A stretch of DNA of 45,030 nt, taken from the IMG/VR virus record IMGVR_UViG_3300044466_000036, positions 1 to 45,030 of that record. One strand, written 5' to 3'. The notes under the pieces were generated by a model that had not been told where the DNA came from, made no database searches, and saw only the letters and a program-made list of their open reading frames with translations. The first letter of the stretch is position 1. Each line of letters opens with the position of its first letter. The position numbers and the translations under genes are program-made. The stretch is from a virus (taxonomy: Duplodnaviria > Caudoviricetes). Shown here piece after piece: positions 1-9,675 of this stretch.

Positions 1-317
1 GCGGCCATGGCCATCAGTGGCCATCCGGGGCTTGGCCACGGGGCGCGTGGCCATGGCCATCTCGGCGGCCACGCGGGTCGCGGCCATGGCCATCAGTGGC
101 CATCCGGGGCCGCAACCTGGACAAGATGGTGGTCAGCTGCTCAGTAAACGCGGTGTTCCGGGCCTCCCCAGCCTGGGCCGCCGCGCGCCAGGTCGTCCGC
201 GCGGCGTCGCTCCGCCCGGACAGCGTCCAGATGCAGCCGGTACACCAGCCACGCCAAGCCGCCCACCAGCCCGGCTACACCACCCGTGGGCAGCAGGCCC
301 GTGAGGTGCTGCCACAA

Positions 318-422
318 CTACACTCCACCCCACGGGTTACCCATCCACGCCGCTAAAACGATCATCAACACCAACGCGATGATTCCGCCAACAACGAGCC
401 TGGCGGCCTGCCAGTTGGTCAT
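318..422 (-). CDS. small single-TM membrane protein (possible holin/lysis accessory)
   Basis: Not in ORF track; reads MTNWQAARLVVGGIIALVLMIVLAAWMGNPWGGV; ATG overlaps the endolysin stop (ATGA). Confidence 0.55.
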   Translation of the reverse strand: MTNWQAARLVVGGIIALVLMIVLAAWMGNPWGGV

Positions 423-1240
423 GGTCTCAACGGCGGCGACGTGGTCATGGCGGGCACGGTGTGGGTATGGCCCGGCACCGCCGCCGCGAGTTGGGCGGCG
501 ATCAGGCCCGCGAGGCGCTCCACCTGAGCGTCGGACAGCGCCGCAACATTGTGCGGCGCCGCCGCGAGCGCCTCAACCTGTGTAGCCATCTGACGGAGCA
601 GGAGGAGGCCCTCCTCAGTCCAGCCATAGATGTTGCCCAGCATGGACGCCTGAGGTGCCTCCGGCGGGTCCGCCAACAGCACGCGCTGAGGGTCAGCAGT
701 AGCCATGGTGTCTCCTATCCCGACGCGCCAGTAGGCGGCCGTCTCTCCACGCAGGATGGACAGTACCGCGCCGAACGCGCGCGGGTCATCAAGGTGCGCA
801 CGCACGAACGATATGTGGATGTGCCACAGGTGCGACGAGTCCGATGTGGACGGCGTCACGGCCTGAAAATCCCAGCCCTCAACCGCCGAATCGGCGTTGG
901 CCTGGCCGAAAAATTCCCGCAGGCAATCACCCCGCTCGTCGTCAGGGTCCCGTCCGGAGCCGAGCAGCCGAGCCGCGTACCGCCTGATCGTGCTGTAGTC
1001 CCCGCGCTGGGCGCTGGGGAACGTTAGGTCAATCGCTGCGGCCTTGTCGGCCGGCCCCTGCCGGTCGGCTGCGGCCTGGACGGAGTAGTCAGACGCCGGC
1101 AACGCGGCGCGAATGTTATGATAGCCCGGTTTGTCCGCGTAAATGCCGCCCAACTCGACGCCTGGCTCCAGTCGACGGAACGCCAACCAGAACTCCCACA
1201 TCGCGTCGGTGACCCGCGCCGGGTTGGGGTTGGCGCTCAC
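419..1240 (-). CDS. endolysin, Zn-peptidase-like N-terminal domain
   Basis: GYHN..., AAAIDL, SSHLWHIHISF motifs typical of actinophage M15-like peptidase lysins; downstream of tail genes; GTG start at 1240 overlaps upstream stop. Confidence 0.7.
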   Translation of the reverse strand: MSANPNPARVTDAMWEFWLAFRRLEPGVELGGIYADKPGYHNIRAALPASDYSVQAAADRQGPADKAAAIDLTFPSAQRGDYSTIRRYAARLLGSGRDPDDERGDCLREFFGQANADSAVEGWDFQAVTPSTSDSSHLWHIHISFVRAHLDDPRAFGAVLSILRGETAAYWRVGIGDTMATADPQRVLLADPPEAPQASMLGNIYGWTEEGLLLLRQMATQVEALAAAPHNVAALSDAQVERLAGLIAAQLAAAVPGHTHTVPAMTTSPPLRP

Positions 1241-1590
1241 GTCGTCGCCTCCACGCCCCGCACCCACCAGCGCTGGAGCACCAGCTCCAGCGCGTTGTGG
1301 AGCTGGTGCTCCAGCAACCCGGCCTCCCCGTCATGGATCGCCAGGCTATCGCCAGTGATTTCGACCGCGACCTGCCCGTACCCGATGCGGGTCTGGATCT
1401 CCGTCGTGTGGGCCGGCCACCACCGTTGCAGCACCAACTTCACCGCGTACCGCAGCTGCGCGGCCATCACGCCTGTCTCACCGCCGGGGACGAGCAAACC
1501 GTTGCCGTCTACGGTGCAGGTTATCCGCGCGGGCGTGATCTCGATATGGAACACGCCCCCAGGGGTCTGGCAGGGTGTCGCTACAGCCAT
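1237..1590 (-). CDS. hypothetical protein with internal duplication
   Basis: 117 aa ORF in operon; repeated AxxLVLQRWW motif. Confidence 0.6.
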   Translation of the reverse strand: MAVATPCQTPGGVFHIEITPARITCTVDGNGLLVPGGETGVMAAQLRYAVKLVLQRWWPAHTTEIQTRIGYGQVAVEITGDSLAIHDGEAGLLEHQLHNALELVLQRWWVRGVEATT

Positions 1591-1602
1591 CCTGGCGCCT
1601 CC

Positions 1603-1881
1603 TCAAGTCTCATCGAGCTGGCCGGCGGCGAGGTGCGCCGGCAGGTTTACGACAGTGACCGGCACAGCGCCAAGGTGGCCAATGCCGGTAAACCCAGCAT
1701 TGGCCACCCACCACGCCGCCACAACAAGCCCGGGCCGGTCGGCGAGAGCGTCGCCAACATCGAGGTGGTGATTACCCCGGCCGGTCAGGTACTCCCGCGC
1801 CGCAGCCAGGATCTCGGCGCGGGAGGCGTCCTGACCCTCCCAGACGAGCCCCGTGTGATCGGTCGGTATCAGCGTCGGCAA
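1603..1881 (-). CDS. hypothetical protein
   Basis: Tightly packed ORF with AGGAGGG-like RBS. Confidence 0.6.
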   Translation of the reverse strand: MPTLIPTDHTGLVWEGQDASRAEILAAAREYLTGRGNHHLDVGDALADRPGLVVAAWWVANAGFTGIGHLGAVPVTVVNLPAHLAAGQLDET

Positions 1882-1896
1882 CGTACCCTACCCCTC

Positions 1897-2412
1897 CTAG
1901 TCCGGCTCGTAGACAGCCAGCACGCGCATCTCGTCGTTGACCGCCCACGTATGCGGCACAGTAGCGGTGCAGCCACCGCTCACGGAGTCCGGAGCGATGG
2001 TGGTGGTGGTGATTGGGCGCCATCCTCCAGGGCTACTACGGGTCCCCGAATCGAAAATGTTGACATAGCCGCACCCAAACACCACCGCCGACGCGGACAT
2101 CGTGTGGGACGTCGACAACCGCCACTCGCCTGTGCCACCCGTGGTGGTCGAGCCCCAGATCAGCCGGATCTCGTCGACTACCCGGTTGGACCCGGGCACC
2201 CGCCACCACCGGCCGGCCTGGATGCCATTACCGATCGCTGGGGCGGTACCGGTTGACGTCCACGCCACCGTGTAGGCGATATAGGCGGGTGCCACTAGGT
2301 CGGCGAAGTTGGCGTAGGTGCCGTCAACGACATCGTTGTACAGGGCAGTCAGGGCGGCGCCCCAAACCCCGGACGAAACGGGGGTGTTAGGTGTCGGTAC
2401 AGCCAGGGTCAT
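1897..2412 (-). CDS. minor tail protein / short tail fibre
   Basis: Follows large minor tail gene; YTVAWTSTGTAPAIGNG...GSTTTGGTGEW beta-rich motif common in actinophage tail proteins. Confidence 0.7.
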   Translation of the reverse strand: MTLAVPTPNTPVSSGVWGAALTALYNDVVDGTYANFADLVAPAYIAYTVAWTSTGTAPAIGNGIQAGRWWRVPGSNRVVDEIRLIWGSTTTGGTGEWRLSTSHTMSASAVVFGCGYVNIFDSGTRSSPGGWRPITTTTIAPDSVSGGCTATVPHTWAVNDEMRVLAVYEPD

Positions 2413-2413
2413 G

Positions 2414-4831
2414 TCACTCCGCCCATACGCACTCGTCCCAGTTGGACACGTCCCATACCGCAGCCGGGAGCACCCGACGCCCCGTCACCGTCTGCGTGTA
2501 TCTGGCCCCGTCGACGGTGTGCTTGACGGAGACGAGGCGGAAATTGTCGTCCAGTCCGGTGTTCGCGTTGTCGACGACGCGCACGAGGTCGCCCGGCTGG
2601 CGGCGGGGGTCGCCGAACACCTCCACACCCTCCACGCGGGGCATCGGGTAGGCATGCTCGCCCACGATGGCGGTCGCCAGCCACAACGCGTTCTCGCGAG
2701 TCTGTGCCAGGGGGGCATCGACGGCGACGGTCCGCTCACCCCGGATGGCGACGCTGTTGGCGTCGGTGACAGTGACCGTGGTGTCCACGGTGTGGACCCC
2801 CACCCCGGCGATGACCAGCGCCGGGACGCTGACGTCGTTCGCGAGGTACAGGGTCAATGCGGTCGGGTTGCGGATCGTGACCCGGATACCGCCCGCCGTA
2901 TACACGGCGGGCACCGTAAAAATTATGCCGTCCGCGTCCGAATAATATGCGCCGCTGCCGTCAGTCGCCGTGTTGACAGTGACGTAGGACTGTGTCCCCA
3001 CCCCGTCAGGGTTGAGGGCGTCAATCGCCGCCTGGCTTAACGCGACCGGCGGGTAGGCGTCGCTGACCGAGACAGCTGGGGCGGCGAACGTTATGTTGAT
3101 GGCAGTCAGGCCCGGCACCAGCGGGATCACGTTAGGCAGGGAGTACAGCGCCTCCGTGACAACCGGCCCGCCAATCGACGTTTCCTTATATTTTACGGTC
3201 GCCGAGTTGCGGATTTTGGAGATGTCCCACCCGACGCTGAGGTCACCGACGTTGCCCGGGGTTCCAGCCGACGTGTCCGTGGACAGGGCGTCGACAGGGT
3301 CGTCGACGGAGTCGTTGAGCACCCACCACGCCAACGGCAGGTACCGCACCACATCATCCTCGTCAACGCGCAGCGCGGCCAGCTCAGACTGGGCTAGGGC
3401 GGCGAGGTACGCCCACGCCTCCCGTGGCGCCGGCTCTGCCAGCGCCACCAGGTCCAGCCTCGACCGGCCGACGGCCGCGCCAGCGGTCCAGGCGTAGCCG
3501 GCGTCGTACACCCACGGGTAGTTGTCGGGGTTGGCCTGGGCGCCAGCGGTGACGTGGACTTCGCCGAAGGGCAGGTGGGCTGTCCACTGGAGCCCGGCCG
3601 GGTCTGCCGACAGGTTGGCCTCGCTGAGCGCGAGGCCCGCGGAGGTGGTCACGGCGCCGTTGTAGTACAGCCACAACTTGTTGGCGGCGTAGTCCCACGC
3701 CGCGCCGATGCCGTACCACGCCCCGTCCGTGGGCAGCGGCGTTGAACCGACGATGCTGTACGTGCCGCCCGCGTCGGTGACGACGATGGTGGATTTGCGG
3801 TCGGACCGGCGGATCCCCACCCGGACCCGGGTTGCCTCCGCCGGGTCCTCTAGGACGACCTCGACGAGCAGGCCGTTGGGGTTGTAGGCGTCCCACCAGC
3901 CCGACCCGCCCGGTGTGGTGTTGGTGTTGATGTCGTCGCCGCGCACCATCAACTCAACCCGGCCCGCCGCCCCGGCCGCCTCAAACAGCGGGTCGCCGTC
4001 TTCCATCGCGGCGACGCTGAACCCGTAGTACACCTGGCGCGTGTTGGCGCGAAAATGCGGCGCCTCCAGGTAGGCGCCGTCAACCCAGTAGGGCAGGCCG
4101 TCCGCCGGGACGATTGGCGGCGCCTGGAGGTCGACGCCGTCCTTGGTGTAGAGCAGCTGGTTGCCGCCCCCGCCGATCGTGTTCTCCGGCGCCTCGGGTG
4201 GCGCGAACGCCCTGGTGGACCCGTGCATGGGTGCCCAGTAGCGGCACCCGAGGCGGGGCGGCGGCGACACGTAGATGCCGCACTCGGCCAGGGTCCACGA
4301 CACCGGCCACGTGCCGGTGAGTCCATCGAACGCGCGGGCGATCGGTGGTGGCTGCACGAGCGCGGCGAGGGTGAGGCGGGTCGCGCTGATAGCCAGCATT
4401 GTCGCGGCGTGCCCTTTGACGGGGGTGCCGGCCATCTGGCCGGTGTACACGCGTACACGCTCCTGCCCGTTGGCCGTGACAGCGCCGACATCGATTTTTA
4501 CGGGCGCCACGTCGCGGTCGTAGCCGTACACGTCCGAGTCGGCGCGTAGCGGCGAGAAATACTGACTCGGCCCCAGCCCGCCGCGACCCCACGCCATCGG
4601 CACTGTCGCGACCGCGACAGTGTCGCCGGCCACAAAAGACACCGCGTCGGGGAGACCGTCGTCGAGAGCCTGGATGACCTCGATTGGCCCGCCAGCCTGA
4701 CCGGACAGATCATCGATGGACCCGTCCGCGCCGTAGCCGTCACCAGCCCAGTCCGCCCGCACGGATGGTCGCACCCACGTGACCGCACCGGACTCCATCG
4801 CCGCGTCGAACGCCGCTGACGTGTCCCGCAT
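2414..4831 (-). CDS. minor tail / baseplate hub protein with LamG-like segment
   Basis: Start reassigned to MRDTSAAF (TGATG overlap); C-terminal GDPRRQPGDLVRV hub motif; DGAWYGIGAAWD..KLWLYYNG LamG-like. Confidence 0.75.
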   Translation of the reverse strand: MRDTSAAFDAAMESGAVTWVRPSVRADWAGDGYGADGSIDDLSGQAGGPIEVIQALDDGLPDAVSFVAGDTVAVATVPMAWGRGGLGPSQYFSPLRADSDVYGYDRDVAPVKIDVGAVTANGQERVRVYTGQMAGTPVKGHAATMLAISATRLTLAALVQPPPIARAFDGLTGTWPVSWTLAECGIYVSPPPRLGCRYWAPMHGSTRAFAPPEAPENTIGGGGNQLLYTKDGVDLQAPPIVPADGLPYWVDGAYLEAPHFRANTRQVYYGFSVAAMEDGDPLFEAAGAAGRVELMVRGDDINTNTTPGGSGWWDAYNPNGLLVEVVLEDPAEATRVRVGIRRSDRKSTIVVTDAGGTYSIVGSTPLPTDGAWYGIGAAWDYAANKLWLYYNGAVTTSAGLALSEANLSADPAGLQWTAHLPFGEVHVTAGAQANPDNYPWVYDAGYAWTAGAAVGRSRLDLVALAEPAPREAWAYLAALAQSELAALRVDEDDVVRYLPLAWWVLNDSVDDPVDALSTDTSAGTPGNVGDLSVGWDISKIRNSATVKYKETSIGGPVVTEALYSLPNVIPLVPGLTAINITFAAPAVSVSDAYPPVALSQAAIDALNPDGVGTQSYVTVNTATDGSGAYYSDADGIIFTVPAVYTAGGIRVTIRNPTALTLYLANDVSVPALVIAGVGVHTVDTTVTVTDANSVAIRGERTVAVDAPLAQTRENALWLATAIVGEHAYPMPRVEGVEVFGDPRRQPGDLVRVVDNANTGLDDNFRLVSVKHTVDGARYTQTVTGRRVLPAAVWDVSNWDECVWAE

Positions 4832-5727
4832 CAGTCCACCTCCTGCAACACCATGGCCGGGCCGGAGCGGTAGTCGGGGTGAGCCCACGGCCACTGATCC
4901 ACCAGGGACATGACCTGCACCGGCATGACGGCGGTGCCGGGCCGCCACGTGCCCGGGGTGGATCCCTCCTCCATCTGCAGCTGGTCCAGGTACACCGCAG
5001 CGCCGGCACTGACAGTGCCGGCCGTGGTGACGACGGACGGCAGGGCGTAGGCGGCGGCGGCTGGTGGTGTGTCGGTGACGTACAGCTGGGCCCACGCCCC
5101 TGAGGAGGTGGTGGCGGGCGCACCGGAGGTGGCGGACACGACCGCGCCGGCCGTGGTGTACCAGGTCAGGCGTGGTGTCAGTTCGACGATCGCGTCGGCC
5201 CCGCCGCCCTTGGCGTACATGCTGAGGACGGCTGCGCGGCTGGTCAGGACGGGTACCCCGTACCAGCTGCTGGACGGGGCGTCGAGTGTGACGGTGCCGC
5301 TGACCGCCGCGTACGCGGCGGTGATCTTGAGGGATCTCGGGCCGCGCCGGTACGTCGCCGAGTCCGACGACAATGTGTAGCCGCTGCCGCCGACGGTGAA
5401 ATTGTCGGTGTCGTTAGTCTCGCTCGTGGCTGAGGACTGGTTGACGGTGAGCATGTTGCGCTGACCTGGGTCGAACAGGCAGAACGGGCCTGGGCCTCGG
5501 TGGCCCTGGTCGTACTCCAGCAGGGTCGAGAATGTGTCGAGGTCGAGGGAGTCCCAGCCCAGCGTGTACTGGCGCCGCCCGCCGACTACTTTGGACACGC
5601 GCGCCCCGCCGCCGCCCGTGATGTACGTGAACGTGGGCCGCACGCGGGTGGCTGTCACGCCGCCGCGCGGGTGCGGCAGGGCGGTCAGGTTGCCGGGTGC
5701 CCCGAAGTAAATGCCGGCGTCGGTCAC
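4831..5727 (-). CDS. distal tail (Dit-like) protein with carbohydrate-binding-like insertion
   Basis: Directly after tape measure; RNMLTVNQSS...YLDQLQMEEGSTPGTW resembles CBM insert. Confidence 0.65.
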   Translation of the reverse strand: MTDAGIYFGAPGNLTALPHPRGGVTATRVRPTFTYITGGGGARVSKVVGGRRQYTLGWDSLDLDTFSTLLEYDQGHRGPGPFCLFDPGQRNMLTVNQSSATSETNDTDNFTVGGSGYTLSSDSATYRRGPRSLKITAAYAAVSGTVTLDAPSSSWYGVPVLTSRAAVLSMYAKGGGADAIVELTPRLTWYTTAGAVVSATSGAPATTSSGAWAQLYVTDTPPAAAAYALPSVVTTAGTVSAGAAVYLDQLQMEEGSTPGTWRPGTAVMPVQVMSLVDQWPWAHPDYRSGPAMVLQEVD

Positions 5728-8567
5728 GCTGTGGCCACCAGCCGGTTGCGGGTGCCGGCGAACGCGCGCCGCTGGTGGCCGACGTCGGTTGCGGCGGCGA
5801 CGGTGTTGGGGCGGTTAACGATGACGTCCTGGACGAGATCCTCCATCACCCGGTCGCCGAGCATCACGGTGACGTGGACGGGCCCGCCAGCTGCTGGCAG
5901 CGGCATGCCTGAGCTGGCAGCGCGCCCAGCCGCGGCGTTTGGCCCAGCGGCGGTTAGCGAGGCGAGGAGCCCGGCCATCGACCGGTACAGGTCGGGGGCC
6001 CCCTCTTCCATGCCGACGGCGATGCCAGCGGCGATCGGCCGGCCGACCCTACGGGCCATCAGCCGCGACGGGCTGTGGGAATCGAGGGCTTTGTTAAACC
6101 CTTTCATGATTGAGTCGCCGATGCCGCCGATTTTGCCCATGAGCCAGTCCCACGACTGGGTTATGCCGTCCCACAATCCGCGTAAGATGTTCTTTCCGGT
6201 GTCGACCAACCACGTTTTGGCGCCGGACACGGCGGCTTTGATTTTGGCAGGCAGGTCGTTGAGCGCCTCGATGATACGGGGTCCGAGCCCCATCAGCCAC
6301 GTGATCGCGTCGTCGAGCATGCCCACGACAGTCGACACGACGCGGTTTTTCATCTCGATGAACCAGGCCCAGATCTTGTCGGCCATGCCCACAACCCAGT
6401 CAATGGCATTATTGACACCGTCCATAAACGTCGTCTTGATCGAGTCCCACATGCCGACAACCCAGCCAATCGCGGTGGTCCACATCGTGTGGAAAATTTC
6501 GCCCACTCTGGTGGGGGTGCCGGTGAGCAGCCCGTAAATCGTGCCCAGGCCGAAACCGACAGCCTCAAAAAACAGGTCGAATGCTTTCGACGCGGCGTCT
6601 TTGAGGATTCCGGGCAGCGCCGTCAAGGCGTTCCAGATTTTGCCGGGCAAGGCGACAAAGTAGTCGACGGCTTTGCCTATCGCGTCGCCGATGGCACCGA
6701 AAAATCCGGTGATGCCCGGCCACAACGTTTTCGACAACCAGTCCCACACGGCGAGTGCGGCTTTTTTGATGCCGCCCCACGCCCAGTTCCACGCGTCCTG
6801 AAACCAGGTCGTTTTTGTGGCGATCAACAGGATGACGGCAACGAGTGCGGCGATAGCGATGATGACCAGCCCGACAGGGTTGGCAGCCATCGCCGCGTCG
6901 AGCAGCCATACCGCCCCCGCCCACAACTCCGTCCCGACCTTAACTCCCACCAAGGCGGTAGCGATAATACCCAACTCCACGCCAACCGCGCCGTCCGTCA
7001 CCCACGCCAACGCCCCCGCGATCGGCGCCAACGCCTTAGCCAGATCAACAACCACCGGCGTCATAGCAGCCAACGCTGGCACCAAGACGTTGCCCGCAGA
7101 CTCGGCAAGATCCGCAAACAGCGGTATCAAGACCGGCCCGAGTTGCGAAATCAGGTCGCCCATCGGCGTCAACACGCCAGATATCAGATCGCCAATAGGC
7201 TCCAACGCCCCGGACGCCGCGCCAATACCTGGGGCCAGCCCCACCAGGCCCGGCGCCAGCAGAGACAACGCCGTGCCCAGCGCGGTGACCAGCGTGACTA
7301 GGGCCGGCGACCACGCCGTGGCAATGTCGGCGATGCCTGTGGCGACTGGGCCGAGGGCCTGCATCAGCGCCACTAGGACTGGCGTGACGGCGTCGCCGAC
7401 GCGGGCGAGTTGTTCAAAAAACGTTTTCAGTGCGGTCTGGCCGGCGATGCTGTTGATCGTCTCGTTGAGTCTGTGCAAAAACGTGAGCATTCCGCCGCCG
7501 GACCCCGCAGCGGAGAAAATCCCTTTGATGATTCCGCCCACATCCATGAGCATCCGGCCCAATGCCTTGAGCGCGACCACGCCGTCGTTAATGAGCTGGC
7601 CAAGCCGGCCCGACGCGCGGGCGGCGGCAATATAATCCGCCCACCTGGCCACTGCGGCACCCGCACCCTCAGTAATCCGGGCGAACGCCTCGGATGACAC
7701 GACAGTCGCGTCGGTGATGATCCGCAGCAGCGACTTAAACGCCTCGCCCAGGTTGCCGACAGACCAAGCCGAGTTGGCCAAAATGGCGGTCCAGTCCATT
7801 TTGGTGCCGGCCTGGGTGAGGTAATCGACGCCGCCGCGAATGGTGCCGTTGAGCGCGATCGCCATCAACCCCAGCCCGTCCCTGAGGACGGGGAGATAAC
7901 CCGTGCCGAGACGGTTGATCGCGGAGGCCATGCCCTCAAACAGTTTTTGCTGCACACCGAGTTTAAGGCTGGCGAACGCGGGGCTGAGGGCGTGAACAGC
8001 GAGGGCAGCGGTCCGGGCGTTAGGGGCCAGTTTCGCCATCGCCTCAGCGATTTTGTCGGCGTCGCCCTCCCCCAACGCCTTCAGGGCGCTGCCGAACCCG
8101 GACATGCCGATCTTGAGGACCGCGAACGCGCCGACCGCCGCCATGAGGGCGCCGGGCAGCAGCAGCAAAGACCCGGCCGCCACCACGATGACGTGCGCCA
8201 ATTCTTGGATGACGGCCATCAGGCGACCGACGCCGGCAGCGAGCGCGCCGATCGCCCACCCGACAACGCCAGCAATAGCCCCAAATTTGAGAAGTTGAAG
8301 TGCCGGTTTGACCGCTTTGACCAAGCGTTTGCTGAGATCGTCGGCGAGCCTGCCGACCTGAGGCAGGAAGGCTCGCATTTGTGGCAGAAACCCGGCCACA
8401 AATCCTTTAGAGAAATCTTTGCCCGACTTTTTGCCCCCGCTGGCGTAACGCCACTCCGTGTCACGCAGGAAACGGTTGGTCTCCCGCTCCGCCTCCTGCG
8501 TTGTCGCGGTAACACGCAGGTAACCGGTCGCGATCCGGAACCCGCCGCCAGGGATGGCCATCGTCAC
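5724..8567 (-). CDS. tape measure protein
   Basis: 947 aa, Ala/Gly/Leu rich, AANPVGLVI motif, periodic W/F repeats, HSPSRLM C-terminal motif. Confidence 0.93.
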   Translation of the reverse strand: MTMAIPGGGFRIATGYLRVTATTQEAERETNRFLRDTEWRYASGGKKSGKDFSKGFVAGFLPQMRAFLPQVGRLADDLSKRLVKAVKPALQLLKFGAIAGVVGWAIGALAAGVGRLMAVIQELAHVIVVAAGSLLLLPGALMAAVGAFAVLKIGMSGFGSALKALGEGDADKIAEAMAKLAPNARTAALAVHALSPAFASLKLGVQQKLFEGMASAINRLGTGYLPVLRDGLGLMAIALNGTIRGGVDYLTQAGTKMDWTAILANSAWSVGNLGEAFKSLLRIITDATVVSSEAFARITEGAGAAVARWADYIAAARASGRLGQLINDGVVALKALGRMLMDVGGIIKGIFSAAGSGGGMLTFLHRLNETINSIAGQTALKTFFEQLARVGDAVTPVLVALMQALGPVATGIADIATAWSPALVTLVTALGTALSLLAPGLVGLAPGIGAASGALEPIGDLISGVLTPMGDLISQLGPVLIPLFADLAESAGNVLVPALAAMTPVVVDLAKALAPIAGALAWVTDGAVGVELGIIATALVGVKVGTELWAGAVWLLDAAMAANPVGLVIIAIAALVAVILLIATKTTWFQDAWNWAWGGIKKAALAVWDWLSKTLWPGITGFFGAIGDAIGKAVDYFVALPGKIWNALTALPGILKDAASKAFDLFFEAVGFGLGTIYGLLTGTPTRVGEIFHTMWTTAIGWVVGMWDSIKTTFMDGVNNAIDWVVGMADKIWAWFIEMKNRVVSTVVGMLDDAITWLMGLGPRIIEALNDLPAKIKAAVSGAKTWLVDTGKNILRGLWDGITQSWDWLMGKIGGIGDSIMKGFNKALDSHSPSRLMARRVGRPIAAGIAVGMEEGAPDLYRSMAGLLASLTAAGPNAAAGRAASSGMPLPAAGGPVHVTVMLGDRVMEDLVQDVIVNRPNTVAAATDVGHQRRAFAGTRNRLVATA

Positions 8568-8881
8568 GACCCGTCACCCCCCACCCCACTGTTGCCGAAC
8601 GAGATGATGGAGCCGAGGACAGGGTCAAGCGTCGCCGCAGCCGGGGTAACCGACTGCGGGGTATACGTGCCGTTGCGGGGTCGCGTACCCCTGTCAGGGA
8701 TATGCCCGCCGCTCTCCGCCGCCTCCATCTCAGCGCGGGCCCGCATAACCCCCGGATACGCCACCAGGCGCTCCGCCAGCCGCAAAAACCGGGTCGCGGG
8801 CATGGACCACATGTTGTCGACACGGTGGATCGCGGACAAATCCGACTCAATATCGGCGAGGTGATCCAGGACCCACAGCAC
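8564..8881 (-). CDS. tail assembly chaperone, frameshifted C-terminal part (gpT-like)
   Basis: Open in the -1 frame from the GGGAAAA site of the upstream gene; precedes tape measure. Confidence 0.8.
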   Translation of the reverse strand: MLWVLDHLADIESDLSAIHRVDNMWSMPATRFLRLAERLVAYPGVMRARAEMEAAESGGHIPDRGTRPRNGTYTPQSVTPAAATLDPVLGSIISFGNSGVGGDGS

Positions 8882-8910
8882 CTCAGCGGTGCGTTGGAGC
8901 AGCGGCGCTG

Positions 8911-9261
8911 CTACCGCTTCGAGCGCCGCTTGCCCGATTTTCCCGTTCTCTGCACCTGGGCCGACATCCGGTCCTCGACGACCCTGAATATCTCGTCGAG
9001 CTCGGCCGCGTCGAGGCCGACGTACTGGACGAGCGCGTCATACCCCTCGGCGTCGAGCAACTCCCGCAACAACTCCGCCATCGCCGCCTCCTGGCCCCGG
9101 TCAGCGGTGTTGTCCAGGTAACGGACCACGGCGGCGGCGTCGATGACGCGCGGGATGCTGCCGGCGACGACCGTGCCGTCGTCGCCCACGATCTCGAAAA
9201 TTTGCTCCCGCTCGGCGCTGGCCGCGCGTTCCCGCGCGGCCTTTTGGTCGAGTCTGATCAT
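8911..9261 (-). CDS. tail assembly chaperone (gpG-like)
   Basis: Start MIRLDQKAA at 9261; between major tail and tape measure; slippery site near 3' end. Confidence 0.8.
   Translation of the reverse strand: MIRLDQKAARERAASAEREQIFEIVGDDGTVVAGSIPRVIDAAAVVRYLDNTADRGQEAAMAELLRELLDAEGYDALVQYVGLDAAELDEIFRVVEDRMSAQVQRTGKSGKRRSKR
8938..8944 (-). other. -1 programmed ribosomal frameshift site G GGA AAA
   Basis: In-frame XXXYYYZ heptamer; -1 frame reads GKIGQAALEAVAAPLLQRTAEVLWVLDH without stop. Confidence 0.85.
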
Positions 9262-9404
9262 CCGATAGTCCCTCGTCCGTCTAGGTATGGGTTGTCGGCC
9301 GGTTGGCCGACACTGATCTTGCGGGCGGGTCTGGCACCGTCGGCTCGCGACCCGCACCCCGGCCGGCAGGACCGGCCAGATAGCCCTAGCCGCCATCGCC
9401 GCCG

Positions 9405-9669
9405 CTACGTGTCCCGGGCGTCGTTCGAGCTGGCCGGCGGCGACACGACGGCCGACAGGTACGACACCGACCGTGGCGGGGCGATCGAGGTATGGCCGGA
9501 CGCGGCTGGTGCGCGGAGGCGCGCCGACTACCTCCGCTCGATCCGCGGGGGCATCCTGGGTACCGAGTACAACTACCTCGCCGGGCCGGTGCTGGCGCGG
9601 GTCGCGGGGAAGGTCAAGCCGTCGGTGGCCGCGAAATTTGAGGCGGCCGTCGCGGCGCTGGCCGCCTAG
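9405..9669 (+). pseudogene. 5'-truncated actinobacterial lipoprotein-like fragment, antisense to tail operon
   Basis: YVSRASF...GGAIEVW...RADYL...EYNY..GPVLARV resembles C-terminus of actinobacterial/phage lipoproteins; no signal peptide or credible start. Confidence 0.45.
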
Positions 9670-9675
9670 CCGACG

